Assembly: GCA_964476595.1 (NCBI GenBank)
Contig: CAYZCL010000073.1
Coordinates: 14,980 to 78,979, forward strand
DNA: 64,000 nt
DNA from: an uncultured Desulfobacteraceae bacterium
Lineage (GTDB): Bacteria > Desulfobacterota > Desulfobacteria > Desulfobacterales > JALSRD01
Direction: 5' to 3'
The position numbers and the translations under genes were made by a program. Below the pieces are notes generated by a model. That model was not told where the DNA came from, searched no databases, and saw only the letters and a list, made by a program, of their open reading frames with translations. Shown here in pieces: positions 55,415 through 64,000 of this stretch (the stretch's first letter is position 1; every line of letters begins with the position of its first letter).

Positions 55415-56479
55415 TCAGCCCGACGTCCCGCCGGCCGGGTAACTGCCCAGGTTCTTGAGCGAGAGGGTCATCTCCTGCATGCGCGTCAGCACCGCGGCCA
55501 CGTTCTCGTCCGCCAGCGATCCCTCGAAGTCCAGGAAGAAACTGTAGTTGCTGGGATCCGAACGCAGGGGCATGGAGGCGATGCGCGTCAGGTTGATGCC
55601 TGCCTCGGCGAAGAGCTTGAGCACGGAGTAGAGTTCGCCGGCTTCGTGGGCCACGGCGAAGATGATGGAGGTCTTGTCGCCGTGGCCGTCGTAGGCCTCC
55701 CTGGACAGCAGCAGGAAGCGCGTGGAGTTGGAGGCCTCGTCCTCGATGCCCTCCTTGATGATGTCCAGGTCGTAGAGCTCGGCGCACAGCGCACTGGCGA
55801 TGGCGGCCGAGGCCTTGGGGTTTTCGCGGGCCAGCATCTTGGCGGCGCCGGCGGTGTCGTAGTAGGGCCGGGCCTCGAGCTTGTTGCGCAGCAGGAAGTT
55901 GCGGCACTGGGCCAGGGCCTGGGGGTGGGAGTAGACCACGCGGATCTCGCGGTAGTCGGTCTCCTCGGTGGCCAGCAGGCAGTGGTTGACCGGCACCTTG
56001 ATCTCGCCGACGACCTTCAGCGCGGTGGTCGTCAGCAGGTCGTTGACCTGGGTGACGGCGCCCTCCAGGGAGTTTTCCACCGGCACCACGCCCAGGTCGA
56101 AGTCGCCCTCCTCGACGCCCCGGAAGACGTCGACGAACTCCAGGCAGGGGATGTAGGCGCCCTCGGGCACCAGGCCCCGGGAAGCCACCTCGCCGTAAGC
56201 GCCGTGTTCGCCCTGGAAAGCCACCAGGGGGCGGTCCTCTTCCTGCAGGCGCCGGCTCTCGTCGATGATGGCCTTGAGCAGCTGCCGGGAAAAGGAACTT
56301 TTCACCAGGTCCAGGTTCAGGCGGTCCATGCGGGCCAGCGCATCTTCCTCGCGGGCCGCGTCGGTGTCCGATTTCTGCAGTTTCCGTGACAGCAGGGCCA
56401 GCCCCATGCGTTCCTGCAGCAGGACCAGCAGTTCGCGGTCGATCTTGTTGATCTTCTTGTGAAGTCCTTCCAGTTTCAT
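55415..56479 (-). CDS. pheA: Bifunctional chorismate mutase / prephenate dehydratase (P-protein) with ACT domain
   Basis: Track ORF trimmed to MKLEGLHKKINKIDRELLVLLQERM (CM_2). PDT motifs VAFQGEHGAYGE and TRFLLL, plus ESRP-like ASMPLRS in the ACT domain. Confidence 0.9.
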   Translation of the reverse strand: MKLEGLHKKINKIDRELLVLLQERMGLALLSRKLQKSDTDAAREEDALARMDRLNLDLVKSSFSRQLLKAIIDESRRLQEEDRPLVAFQGEHGAYGEVASRGLVPEGAYIPCLEFVDVFRGVEEGDFDLGVVPVENSLEGAVTQVNDLLTTTALKVVGEIKVPVNHCLLATEETDYREIRVVYSHPQALAQCRNFLLRNKLEARPYYDTAGAAKMLARENPKASAAIASALCAELYDLDIIKEGIEDEASNSTRFLLLSREAYDGHGDKTSIIFAVAHEAGELYSVLKLFAEAGINLTRIASMPLRSDPSNYSFFLDFEGSLADENVAAVLTRMQEMTLSLKNLGSYPAGGTSG

Positions 56480-56516
56480 TTTTTCACCTCGGCAGAGAGA
56501 GTTGTGGCCCAATGGG

Positions 56517-57332
56517 TCAATCCGGCAGTCCGTTCATGAAGTCGCACAGCGGGCGCAGGCGCCCCATGAGGTCGGTGAACATGGGCGGCGTGAGGGCCTG
56601 GGCCGCGTCGCACAGGGCCTCTTCGGGACGGTGGTGTACCTCGATGATCAGGCCGTCGGCGCCGGCGGCCACCGCCGCCAGGCTCATGGGGGGGATCAGG
56701 CTCAGCCGGCCGGTGCTGTGGGTCGGGTCGATGATGATGGGCAGGTGCGTCAGCTCCTTGATGGCGGGCACGGCGCTCAGGTCCAGGGTGTTGCGCGTGT
56801 AGCGCTCGAAGGTGCGGATGCCGCGCTCGCAGAGGATCACGTTGGGGTTGCCCTCGCTGAGGATGTACTCGGCGCAGTTGAGCCACTCCTCCAGGGTGGA
56901 GTACATGCCGCGCTTGAGCAGCACGGGGCGCCCGGTCTGTCCCACCTCCTTGAGCAGCGAGAAGTTCTGCATGTTGCGGGTGCCGATCTGTAGCACGTCG
57001 GCGAACTCGGCCACCCAGGAGACGTCCCGGGGGTCGATCACCTCGGTGACGATGGGCAGTCCCGTCTCGCGGCCGGCCCGGGCCAGCAGTTTCAGGCCGC
57101 GCAGGCCCAGACCCTGGAAGGCGTAGGGCGACGTCCTGGGCTTGAAGGCCCCGCCCCGCAGCATGTCCGCCCCGGCCGCCTTGACGGCCCGCGCGGAGGC
57201 CATCATCTGCTCCTCGCTCTCCACGCTGCAGGGGCCGGCGATGACCACGAAATCCCGGCCGAACGCCACGCCGGAAACGTCGATGACGGTGCGCGGCCGG
57301 CTCTCACGCACGGCTAGTTTGAGGTTTTTCAT
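56517..57332 (-). CDS. aroF: 3-deoxy-7-phosphoheptulonate (DAHP) synthase, type I-beta
   Basis: Track ORF trimmed to [13 protein letters not shown]. Motifs [20 protein letters not shown] and IIDPTHSTG. Confidence 0.9.
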   Translation of the reverse strand: MKNLKLAVRESRPRTVIDVSGVAFGRDFVVIAGPCSVESEEQMMASARAVKAAGADMLRGGAFKPRTSPYAFQGLGLRGLKLLARAGRETGLPIVTEVIDPRDVSWVAEFADVLQIGTRNMQNFSLLKEVGQTGRPVLLKRGMYSTLEEWLNCAEYILSEGNPNVILCERGIRTFERYTRNTLDLSAVPAIKELTHLPIIIDPTHSTGRLSLIPPMSLAAVAAGADGLIIEVHHRPEEALCDAAQALTPPMFTDLMGRLRPLCDFMNGLPD

Positions 57333-57357
57333 TTTGTGCTCCCTGGTTTGAGGTCCC

Positions 57358-57438
57358 CGAAAGAAAAAGGGCCCCGGGTTTCTCCCGGGGCCCCTTGAAA
57401 ACAGAAAACCCCGGGTGGTGTTGAAGTCCACCCGGGGT
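57358..57438 (-). terminator. Two tandem GC-rich hairpins, each followed by a U-tract, in the aroF leader (attenuator)
   Basis: On the minus strand: ACCCCGGGTGG-ACTTCAACA-CCACCCGGGGT then TTTCTGTTTTC (57438-57396), and GGGCCCCGGG-AGAAA-CCCGGGGCCC then TTTTTCTTTC (57393-57358). Confidence 0.6.
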
Positions 57439-57460
57439 CGACAACGTCCGAAGTTCGGCG

Positions 57461-57544
57461 TCAACCGTCCGGATGAACGCTTCTAAAGCCGAAAAAGAAG
57501 CGTTCGAAACGAAAAAAGCCGGTTTTCCAAAAAGTCGGTTTCAT
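57461..57544 (-). CDS. Phe-rich leader peptide (27 aa) of the aroF-pheA operon
   Basis: Too short for the supplied track. SD GGAGA sits 7 nt before ATG 57544. Hand translation gives [27 protein letters not shown] followed by a stop (8 Phe and 1 Trp in 27 residues). Confidence 0.65.
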   Translation of the reverse strand: MKPTFWKTGFFRFERFFFGFRSVHPDG

Positions 57545-57570
57545 CTTTTTTTCTCCACTGGCCGGTATCC

Positions 57571-57599
57571 ACTTAGCCGCGTCGCGGCGCGAATGTCAA
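57571..57599 (-). promoter_or_regulatory. Predicted sigma-70 promoter of the leader-aroF-pheA unit
   Basis: On the minus strand: an A8 tract, then TTGACA (57599-57594), a 17-nt spacer, then CTAAGT (57576-57571). Confidence 0.4.
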
Positions 57600-57833
57600 T
57601 GTTTTTTTTGGTACGGCCGACAGCCGTTTTCATAAACTCCAGCCGGTAGGTCAAAGGGAGAACCCCGTTTTGAGGTCATCCCATGAGACGCGCGTTTCGG
57701 AATCGACGCAGGCCGCCCGGGCAACTCTCAAGTATGGACAATCAGTGCATCGCTTTTTCCGAAAAAGCATGTATATCGCTGGAAAAAGACTTTCTACGAA
57801 TTGCCAGGCCGATGCCAAATCCGGGTTTGGGAA

Positions 57834-60800
57834 TCAGGCCAGTCGTTCGTTGTCGGAGCCTGCCCGCCTGTCGCGCTCGAAGCCGATGAAAAACGACAGC
57901 AGGGCCGGTACCACGAAGAGGGTGAAGACGGTGGAGACCGCCAGGCCGCCGAGCAGCACGCTGCCCAGGCCGCGGTAGAGTTCGCTGCCGGGGCCGGTGG
58001 AGAGCACCAGCGGCAGCATGCCGAAGAGACTGGTGGTGGCGCTCATGAAGATGGGGCGGATGCGGGTGCGCACGGACTCCAGGATGGCTTCGGTGCCGGC
58101 CAGGCCGTTGTAGCGCACGTTGTTCAGGGCCTGGTGCACGATGAGGATGGCGTTGTTGACCACCGTGCCCACCAGGATGACGAAGCCCAGCATGGTGACA
58201 ATGTCGAAGGACTGGGGCGCGATGAAGCGGTTGACCAGGTCGAGGCCCAGGAACCCGCCGGCGCCCGCCAGGGGCACGCTGAAGAGGATGATCAGGGGAT
58301 AGAAGAAGTTTTCGAACAGCGCCGCCATGAGCAGGTAGATGATGACGGTGGACAGCAGCAGGTACCACTGCATGGCCGCCAGGGCCTGGGAGAGCTTGTC
58401 GGCGTTGCCGCCCACCGTGACCGCCACCCCGGACAGCTTGCCGGCTTTGTTCAGGCCGCCGATGATGTCGCGCTGGATGGTTTCCATGGCGGCCTGCAGG
58501 GGCACTTCGCGGCTGGGGGTGACCTCCAGCTTGATGTTGCGGCGGCGCTCGAGGTGATCGATCTGCGTCATGCCCTGGCTGTACTGCAGACGGGCCACGT
58601 CGGCGATGCGGATCAGCCTGCCGTAGCCGTTGGCGATGGGGCTGTCGGCGATGTCCTCGGGGGCCGTGACGTGGCTCGGGTCGGAACGCAGCACGAGGTC
58701 GATCTTCTTGGCCTGCTCGGGCTTGTACTCGCCCACCTTGCGGCCGTCCATGATGACGTCCACGTAAAGGCCGACCTCCTCCTCGGTCATCCCGTTGGCC
58801 ACCACCCGCGAGCGGTCGGGAACGAAGTTGACCTCCGGATAGCTGTTCTCCAGCGAGGGCACCGGCCGCACCTGGGCCCCGGGCATGCGTTTGCGGATGG
58901 CGCCGAACAGGGTGCGCGCCGCCTGGATGATGGTGTCCACCGAACGGCCGGAAACGTCGACCTCCACCGTTCGGCCGCGGCCGATGCCGCTCTGGAAGAT
59001 CCCCGACTGGATGCTGACGCCGTAGATGCCCGGCATGCTGTGGATGATGCGCGTGAACAGCGGCATCATCTCGCGGGCGCGGGTCTCGTGGGCGCTGATG
59101 GCGCCGAAAAGCGTCATGCGGTCGGCCGACACGTAGAAGATGTTCTTGATACGGGGGATGCCGTCCTTGAAGTCGCTCTCGTAGTAAGGTCGCGTGGCCT
59201 TGAAGATGAAATCGCCCAACTGCCGGCGCTTGGTGATGGAGTAGCCCGGCGGCGGGATCAGGATGTTGAGGATCAGGTTGCGGTTGCCCTGGGGAAGGTA
59301 CTCGGCCTTGGGCACCAGCAGCCAGGCGGTCAGGCAGGCCGCGCCGGTGAGGATCACCACCGTGGCCAGGCGCGTGGCCGTGTTGCGGATCGACAGCCGC
59401 GAGAGGTTCACCAGCGCGTCGGAGATGCGTGCGCCGAACCGGCCCAAGGCGCCGCCCTTCTGCGCCTTTTTGCGGGCCAGGCGGTAGAAGAGGTGGGTCA
59501 TGGCGGGGATCACGGACACCGACACCAGCAGACTGATGAAAATGGCGAAGGTGATGGCGATGGCAATGTCCTTGAAGAGCTGGCCGGCCTCCTCCTGGAT
59601 GAAGATCACCGGCACGAATACCGCCACGGTGGTGGCCGTGGAGGCCAGCACGGCGCCCCACACCTCGCGGGTGCCGTCCAGCGAGGCCGCAAAGGGGCTC
59701 TTGCCCATGTTGCGGTGGCGGTCGATGTTCTCCAGCACCACGATGGCGTTGTCCACCAGCATGCCCACCGCAAACGAGATTCCCGCCAGGCTGACCACGT
59801 TGAGGCTGCGGTTGAAGATCCACATGAAAACGAAGGTGCCGATCACCGAGATGGGGATGGCCAGGGCCGTGACCAGGGTGGAGCTGACGCTGCGCAGAAA
59901 GAGCAGCAGCACGCCCATGGCCAGCAGACCGCCGACGATCACATTGCGCTTGACGATGGACATGGCGTTGAAGATATACGGGGTCTGCTCGTAGACGATT
60001 TTGAAGCGCAGGTTGTTGTCGGCCAGCAGGCCGGTGTTGAGCCCCTCCACGGCCCGCTTCATGCGGCGGGTGAGGGCGATCACGTTGGCGCCCTGTTCCT
60101 TGCGCACGCCCACCACGATCACCGGCGTGCCGTTGTGCATGACGGCCGTGTCGTTGGTGGCGTAGCCCATGCGCGCCTGGGCCACGTCGCGCAGCGAAAC
60201 CCGGTGGAAGCCGTCGTTTTCCAGCAGGATGTCCAGGGCTTCGGCCGGGCTTTGGAACTGGCTGACGGTGCGGATGCGGTAGTTCATCTTGTGCATGCCC
60301 AGCAGGCCGGCCGACACGTTGCGGTTGGCGGTCTGCAGGCGGTTCATGACGCGGGAGGCGGTCAGGTCGTGGCGGGCCAGGGCCTGGGGTGAAACCACGA
60401 TCTCCAGCTGCTTTTCCGATCCGCCGAAGACGAACAGGGAGCCCACCCCGGGCACGCGCTCCAGGTGCTGGCGGACCTCGTTTTCGAAGAAGGTGCGGTA
60501 GGTGTCGATCTTCTGCGGCGGCCCCTTGCGGGTCATGAGCACCATCCAGATGACCGGCGAGCTCTGGGCGCCGGAGGCCGTGATGACCGGTTTTTCCACG
60601 TTCTGCGGGTAGCGGCGCACCTCGTTGAGCTTGTTGGAGACGCGCAGCAGGGCGGCGTCGATGTCGGTGCCGACCTCGAAGGTCAGCGTGATTTCGCCCA
60701 TGGCGTTGAAGCTGGAGCTCTCCATGAGGGTCAGGCGCTGGATGCCCTTGAGCACGTTCTCCTGCTCCTCGATGATGTCCTTCTCCACCTCGTAGGGCGC

Positions 60801-61055
60801 GGCCCCGGGCCACACGGTGGTCACCGTGATCTGGGGCGCTTCCACGTCGGGCGTCAGTTGGACCGGCAGTTTGCGCAGACCCACCAGTCCGAAGAGCACC
60901 ACCAGGATGACGCCCACGGCCACCGAAACCGGCTTGGAGATGGAGAATTTGATGAAGTCCACGGCTACCGGTCCCCGTCGGTCTGAGGAGGTGGATCGGA
61001 TTTTCGTCGGGTTGCCGCTGGGGCGGTCACGGCTGTCTTCATTTCCGGGCCTCAT
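57834..61055 (-). CDS. RND efflux transporter permease (AcrB/HAE1-like)
   Basis: 12-TM RND pattern (FIKFSISKPVSVAVGVILVVLFG..., two large periplasmic loops). ATG 61055 overlaps the upstream stop (ATGA) and is preceded by AGGAGG. An alternative GTG at 60962 would remove a 31-aa N-terminal extension. Confidence 0.9.
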   Translation of the reverse strand: MRPGNEDSRDRPSGNPTKIRSTSSDRRGPVAVDFIKFSISKPVSVAVGVILVVLFGLVGLRKLPVQLTPDVEAPQITVTTVWPGAAPYEVEKDIIEEQENVLKGIQRLTLMESSSFNAMGEITLTFEVGTDIDAALLRVSNKLNEVRRYPQNVEKPVITASGAQSSPVIWMVLMTRKGPPQKIDTYRTFFENEVRQHLERVPGVGSLFVFGGSEKQLEIVVSPQALARHDLTASRVMNRLQTANRNVSAGLLGMHKMNYRIRTVSQFQSPAEALDILLENDGFHRVSLRDVAQARMGYATNDTAVMHNGTPVIVVGVRKEQGANVIALTRRMKRAVEGLNTGLLADNNLRFKIVYEQTPYIFNAMSIVKRNVIVGGLLAMGVLLLFLRSVSSTLVTALAIPISVIGTFVFMWIFNRSLNVVSLAGISFAVGMLVDNAIVVLENIDRHRNMGKSPFAASLDGTREVWGAVLASTATTVAVFVPVIFIQEEAGQLFKDIAIAITFAIFISLLVSVSVIPAMTHLFYRLARKKAQKGGALGRFGARISDALVNLSRLSIRNTATRLATVVILTGAACLTAWLLVPKAEYLPQGNRNLILNILIPPPGYSITKRRQLGDFIFKATRPYYESDFKDGIPRIKNIFYVSADRMTLFGAISAHETRAREMMPLFTRIIHSMPGIYGVSIQSGIFQSGIGRGRTVEVDVSGRSVDTIIQAARTLFGAIRKRMPGAQVRPVPSLENSYPEVNFVPDRSRVVANGMTEEEVGLYVDVIMDGRKVGEYKPEQAKKIDLVLRSDPSHVTAPEDIADSPIANGYGRLIRIADVARLQYSQGMTQIDHLERRRNIKLEVTPSREVPLQAAMETIQRDIIGGLNKAGKLSGVAVTVGGNADKLSQALAAMQWYLLLSTVIIYLLMAALFENFFYPLIILFSVPLAGAGGFLGLDLVNRFIAPQSFDIVTMLGFVILVGTVVNNAILIVHQALNNVRYNGLAGTEAILESVRTRIRPIFMSATTSLFGMLPLVLSTGPGSELYRGLGSVLLGGLAVSTVFTLFVVPALLSFFIGFERDRRAGSDNERLA

Positions 61056-62503
61056 CCCCTCCTGGCTTTGAACCGCACATAGCGCCGGACAATTCTCTCC
61101 AGCAGCGGCGGCCGCCCCCCGGGTGCATCGCCGCCGGCCGCGAGGCGCACATCGGCCAGGTCGACGGCCTCACCGCCGGGGGCGTACAGCTGCGCGAACA
61201 GGTCGAGCACCTGTTTCCTGACCATTTTCCGGAAGGGCACATGGGCGATCATGCCGTAGGTGGCCGCGCTTCCCGTTTCGGCCAGTTCGGGGTGCGCCCG
61301 CACCGTTTCCACGGCGGCGGCCAGGTCGGCCAGATAGTCGGACGACACTGCGCCGTGGATGGGGGTCACCATGGCGTGCAGGGCGTCGGGCATCTGCAGG
61401 CGGTCGATGTGCCATCCCCGCTTTTCCATCTGGTCGCCCACCGCGAAGATGTCGACCTCCGGGTCCCTCGAACGGTAGGCGAGCAGCGGCCCCGACGGTT
61501 CGCCGACAATCTCCAGCGGGTCGACGGCTGCGATACCGTTCTTCAACGCATCGAAGGCCGCCAGGGTTTCTTGCGCCAGCCGCACGTAGCCCTGCTCGCC
61601 GAACTTTTGCATGGCCGCCCAGGCGGCGGCGTAAGCCCCGCCGGGCCGGGTGCCCAGCAGGGCCGCCGACGCGAACACGCCGCCCGGCCAGTCCTGGTGC
61701 ACGAACATCTGGTGCTTGAGCAGCTCCAGGCGCCGATAGGTGATGGTGGAGGCCCCCTTGGCGGCGAAGCCGTACTTGTGCAGGTCCGCCGAAATGGAGG
61801 TCACGCCCGGCACCCGGTAGTCCCAGGGCGGCAGGCTGCGGCCCGCTTTTTCCATGAACGGCAGGATGAAGCCGCCCACGCAGGCGTCCACGTGCACGGG
61901 AACGCCGCGGTCCGCGCCCAGGCGTCCCAGCTTCTCGATGGGGTCGATGATGCCGTGGGGGTACCCGGGGGCCGACCCCAGGATCATGACCGTGTTGCGG
62001 CTGATCTTTCTCTCGACCGCCGCGGTGTCGACACAGAAGTACTCGTCAAGCGGCGCAAAGACCGGCTTAACGCCGAAGTACTCGGCTCCCTTGAGCCACG
62101 CCACGTGGGCCGTGACGGGAAGTATCATCTCCGGCTTGCGGATGCCCCTGCGGGCGCGTCCGTAGTCGCGGTAGGTCTTGACCGCCAGCAGGCAGCTCTC
62201 GGTGCCGCCGGAGGTCAGCACGCCGCAGACCTCCCCGTCCCCATGGAAGAGTTCGGCGATCATGGCGATGATGTCGCTTTCGATCTTTTTCAGGCTTCGG
62301 AAAGCGGTGGGGTTCAGGCCGTTGGCCGGGGAGTACAGGGCATAGGCCCGGCTGATGAAATGCTCGTGCGCCTCGTCGAGGTAGTACACCAAGCTCCAGG
62401 TCCGGCCGCGCCGGTAGTCGGGGTCGTCTCTGCGCAGGGACGCCAGCTCCGCCAGGATGTCCTCCTCGCGGCGCCCTTGCGGGGGCAGCGTCGGCCTTCT
62501 CAC
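61052..62503 (-). CDS. PLP-dependent enzyme of the sphingosine-1-phosphate lyase / group II decarboxylase family
   Basis: C-terminal 483 aa of track ORF 61052..63562. GTG 62503 (SD GGGAGG 6 nt upstream) overlaps the upstream stop (GTGA). Motifs CGVLTSGGTESCLLAVKTYRD and SISADLHKYGFAAKGAS (PLP Lys) closely resemble the SPL motif SISADTHKYGFAPKG. Confidence 0.85.
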   Translation of the reverse strand: MRRPTLPPQGRREEDILAELASLRRDDPDYRRGRTWSLVYYLDEAHEHFISRAYALYSPANGLNPTAFRSLKKIESDIIAMIAELFHGDGEVCGVLTSGGTESCLLAVKTYRDYGRARRGIRKPEMILPVTAHVAWLKGAEYFGVKPVFAPLDEYFCVDTAAVERKISRNTVMILGSAPGYPHGIIDPIEKLGRLGADRGVPVHVDACVGGFILPFMEKAGRSLPPWDYRVPGVTSISADLHKYGFAAKGASTITYRRLELLKHQMFVHQDWPGGVFASAALLGTRPGGAYAAAWAAMQKFGEQGYVRLAQETLAAFDALKNGIAAVDPLEIVGEPSGPLLAYRSRDPEVDIFAVGDQMEKRGWHIDRLQMPDALHAMVTPIHGAVSSDYLADLAAAVETVRAHPELAETGSAATYGMIAHVPFRKMVRKQVLDLFAQLYAPGGEAVDLADVRLAAGGDAPGGRPPLLERIVRRYVRFKARRG

Positions 62504-63663
62504 GGTGAACCTCCCACCTGCTGCAGTACCAGCGCCAGCGAGATGCCCAGGTAGTTTCCGAGGGCGTAGCCGATGATGCCCGTGGTGATGCCCGAGAGCA
62601 GCACGGAGGGGTTCTTGAGCACGCCCGCCACCATGGGCACGAAGGGCGGGGAACAGATGGCCGACACCGAGGTGACCAGAAAGGTGTCCGTGTCGATGCG
62701 AAAGAGCTTCGACAGCAGGGCGTGCAGCGCCATGCTGCCGAAGATGGAGACCGACACGAAGAACAGGATGGTACCGTCGAGGTGCTCGAGGCGCTTGAGG
62801 TCGGTCATGGAGGCCACCACGAAGCAGAAGATGTAGATGATGTACATGCCGACCTGGAAGCTCTTTTCGATGTGCCGGACGCGGGGAACGAAGGAGAGCA
62901 GGATGCTCAGCGTGGTGATGGACAGGATCGTCACGGCGGCGGCGCGGTCGGCCGGGAACCAGGCGCTGATCTGCAGCGAGGCGGCGATCACGGCACCGGC
63001 CAGCAACAGGGCGCCGGCCAGGGGCAGCAGGATCTTTGCCGAGAAGATGCCCCGGTAGGCGTTGGCCGATTCCGCATCGCAGGAAACCGTTTCGCGCGGC
63101 TCGCCCGCCGGGTGCCGGAAGGGGGGCAGGAAGCGGTTGAAGAGGCGCTGCCCCACCGAGAGAATCAGGAGCAGGTACAGCAGGCTCAGGGCCGCATCGT
63201 AGGTGTGAAAGAGGATGTAGGTGGAATTGTCGACGGACAGCGCGGTCTTGATGGCCGCCAGGTTGGGGGTGCCGCCGGTGTACACGCCCACGGCCATACC
63301 GGCCAGCTGGTAGGCGCCCGCGTCCCCCCGGTGACGCAGCGCAAAAAAAGCCAGGGTGCTCACCGCCAGGACGGCCGCCACCGCCAGCAGCATGGAAACG
63401 ATGGCCTTGCCCGCGATGGCGAACCACTGGCGCACGTCCATGGAAAACAGCAGCAGCGGCAGCGACAGCGCCACGGTGGCCTCGGTAAGAGCGGACTGCA
63501 GCGGCAGGACGGCGCCGGGCAGCACGCCGGCGTTGCCCAGTACGATGCCGCCGGCATAGCACAGCAGCACGGCGCCGATGGCGTCCAGCACGCGGTAGCG
63601 CGCGGTGAGCCAGAGCACCCCCGCGGGGAAGAAGAGGGCGGTGATGACGAAAGCGGTGTTCAT
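62500..63663 (-). CDS. Polytopic membrane protein (DUF819/YjcL-like, by recollection)
   Basis: 387 aa with about 10-12 hydrophobic segments. Starts MNTAFVITALFFPAGVLWL. Contains the GGTPNLAAIK motif. Family naming was not verified. Confidence 0.6.
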   Translation of the reverse strand: MNTAFVITALFFPAGVLWLTARYRVLDAIGAVLLCYAGGIVLGNAGVLPGAVLPLQSALTEATVALSLPLLLFSMDVRQWFAIAGKAIVSMLLAVAAVLAVSTLAFFALRHRGDAGAYQLAGMAVGVYTGGTPNLAAIKTALSVDNSTYILFHTYDAALSLLYLLLILSVGQRLFNRFLPPFRHPAGEPRETVSCDAESANAYRGIFSAKILLPLAGALLLAGAVIAASLQISAWFPADRAAAVTILSITTLSILLSFVPRVRHIEKSFQVGMYIIYIFCFVVASMTDLKRLEHLDGTILFFVSVSIFGSMALHALLSKLFRIDTDTFLVTSVSAICSPPFVPMVAGVLKNPSVLLSGITTGIIGYALGNYLGISLALVLQQVGGSP

Positions 63664-63666
63664 CGA

Positions 63667-64000
63667 TCAGGGCTTCCCGGTGATTTTGACCGGCTGGTCC
63701 GGCCGCAGGCGTTCGTTGCCGTCGACCACCACCGGCATGCCAGCCACGATGTAAGGGGCGGCCACGCCGACGTACTCGCCGTCCACGGCGGCGATTTCCA
63801 CCGGCAGGATCCTGGCGCGGCCGTCCTTGACGGTATAGACGAAATCCTTGCCCTGGAAACGCACCAGGGCGTCGCGCTGGATCATCCTGAGCTTCCTGCG
63901 CGGGCTGGACGGCACGTTGACGGCCGCCGACATGTTCATGATGACGTCATCGAAATAGGGGATGGCGATCTTGATCTGGAAGGTCTTGCTGCGGGGGTCG
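63667..64000 (-). CDS. RND efflux periplasmic adaptor (MFP) subunit, C-terminal part only. The N-terminus lies beyond the window.
   Basis: The reading frame stays open to position 64000. Hand translation gives ...PRSKTFQIKIAIPYFDDVIMNMSAAVNVP...VRFQGKDFVYTVKDGRARILPVEI..., typical of the MFP beta-barrel and membrane-proximal domains. The stop is 3 nt before the next ATG. Confidence 0.8.
   Translation of the reverse strand, partial: DPRSKTFQIKIAIPYFDDVIMNMSAAVNVPSSPRRKLRMIQRDALVRFQGKDFVYTVKDGRARILPVEIAAVDGEYVGVAAPYIVAGMPVVVDGNERLRPDQPVKITGKP

Overview
High-GC bacterial chromosomal segment, roughly two-thirds G+C by eye. Gene content looks like an anaerobic Desulfobacterota or deltaproteobacterium-type organism, but the taxon cannot be verified from here. 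I support about 57 protein-coding genes. I found no rRNA or tRNA, no CRISPR array and no transposase or integrase. Most of the very long ORFs in the six-frame track (for example 20270..24166-, 37400..41986-, 57801..60392+, 4109..6376+) are Arg/Gly/Ala/Pro-rich shadows of real genes on the opposite strand. Many real genes also had to be trimmed to internal starts.

Recognisable blocks are terB-like plus dhaKLM, a PAS hybrid histidine kinase, and an ABC-2 exporter. A minus-strand chain follows: peptide/nickel-type SBP, YbaK, a phytochelatin-synthase-like protein, ferredoxin-nitroreductase, rhomboid and cfa. Then come a DAACS symporter fused to an SBP domain, an FAD/Fe-S D-lactate dehydrogenase plus a DJ-1/PfpI protein, pstSCAB, and LysR with an Fe(III)-type ABC importer. 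The rest is sbcCD, carbamoyltransferase-SxtJ-DUF5989, a NarL-type two-component cluster, aroF-pheA and an RND efflux operon.

The most interesting items are:
- (i) a 1036-aa fusion of a radical-SAM domain, an ArsM-like methyltransferase with all three As(III)-binding Cys, and a Cys-rich domain (17339..20449).
- (ii) a small transcription unit with no usable call in the ORF track: promoter, palindromic operator, two SD-led small ORFs (one an 11-Cys 50-aa peptide) and a terminator (36203..36772). It sits next to a PadR/COG0523 GTPase/thioredoxin-like/aquaglyceroporin operon.
- (iii) a candidate small membrane selenoprotein with an in-frame UGA in a C-x4-U motif (42275..42526).
- (iv) a Phe-rich leader peptide with attenuator hairpins upstream of aroF-pheA (57333..57599).
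- (v) an RND efflux operon with a DUF819-like membrane protein and a sphingosine-1-phosphate-lyase-like PLP enzyme translationally coupled between adaptor and pump (57834..64000).

All family assignments come from motif recognition by eye. No database search was run.
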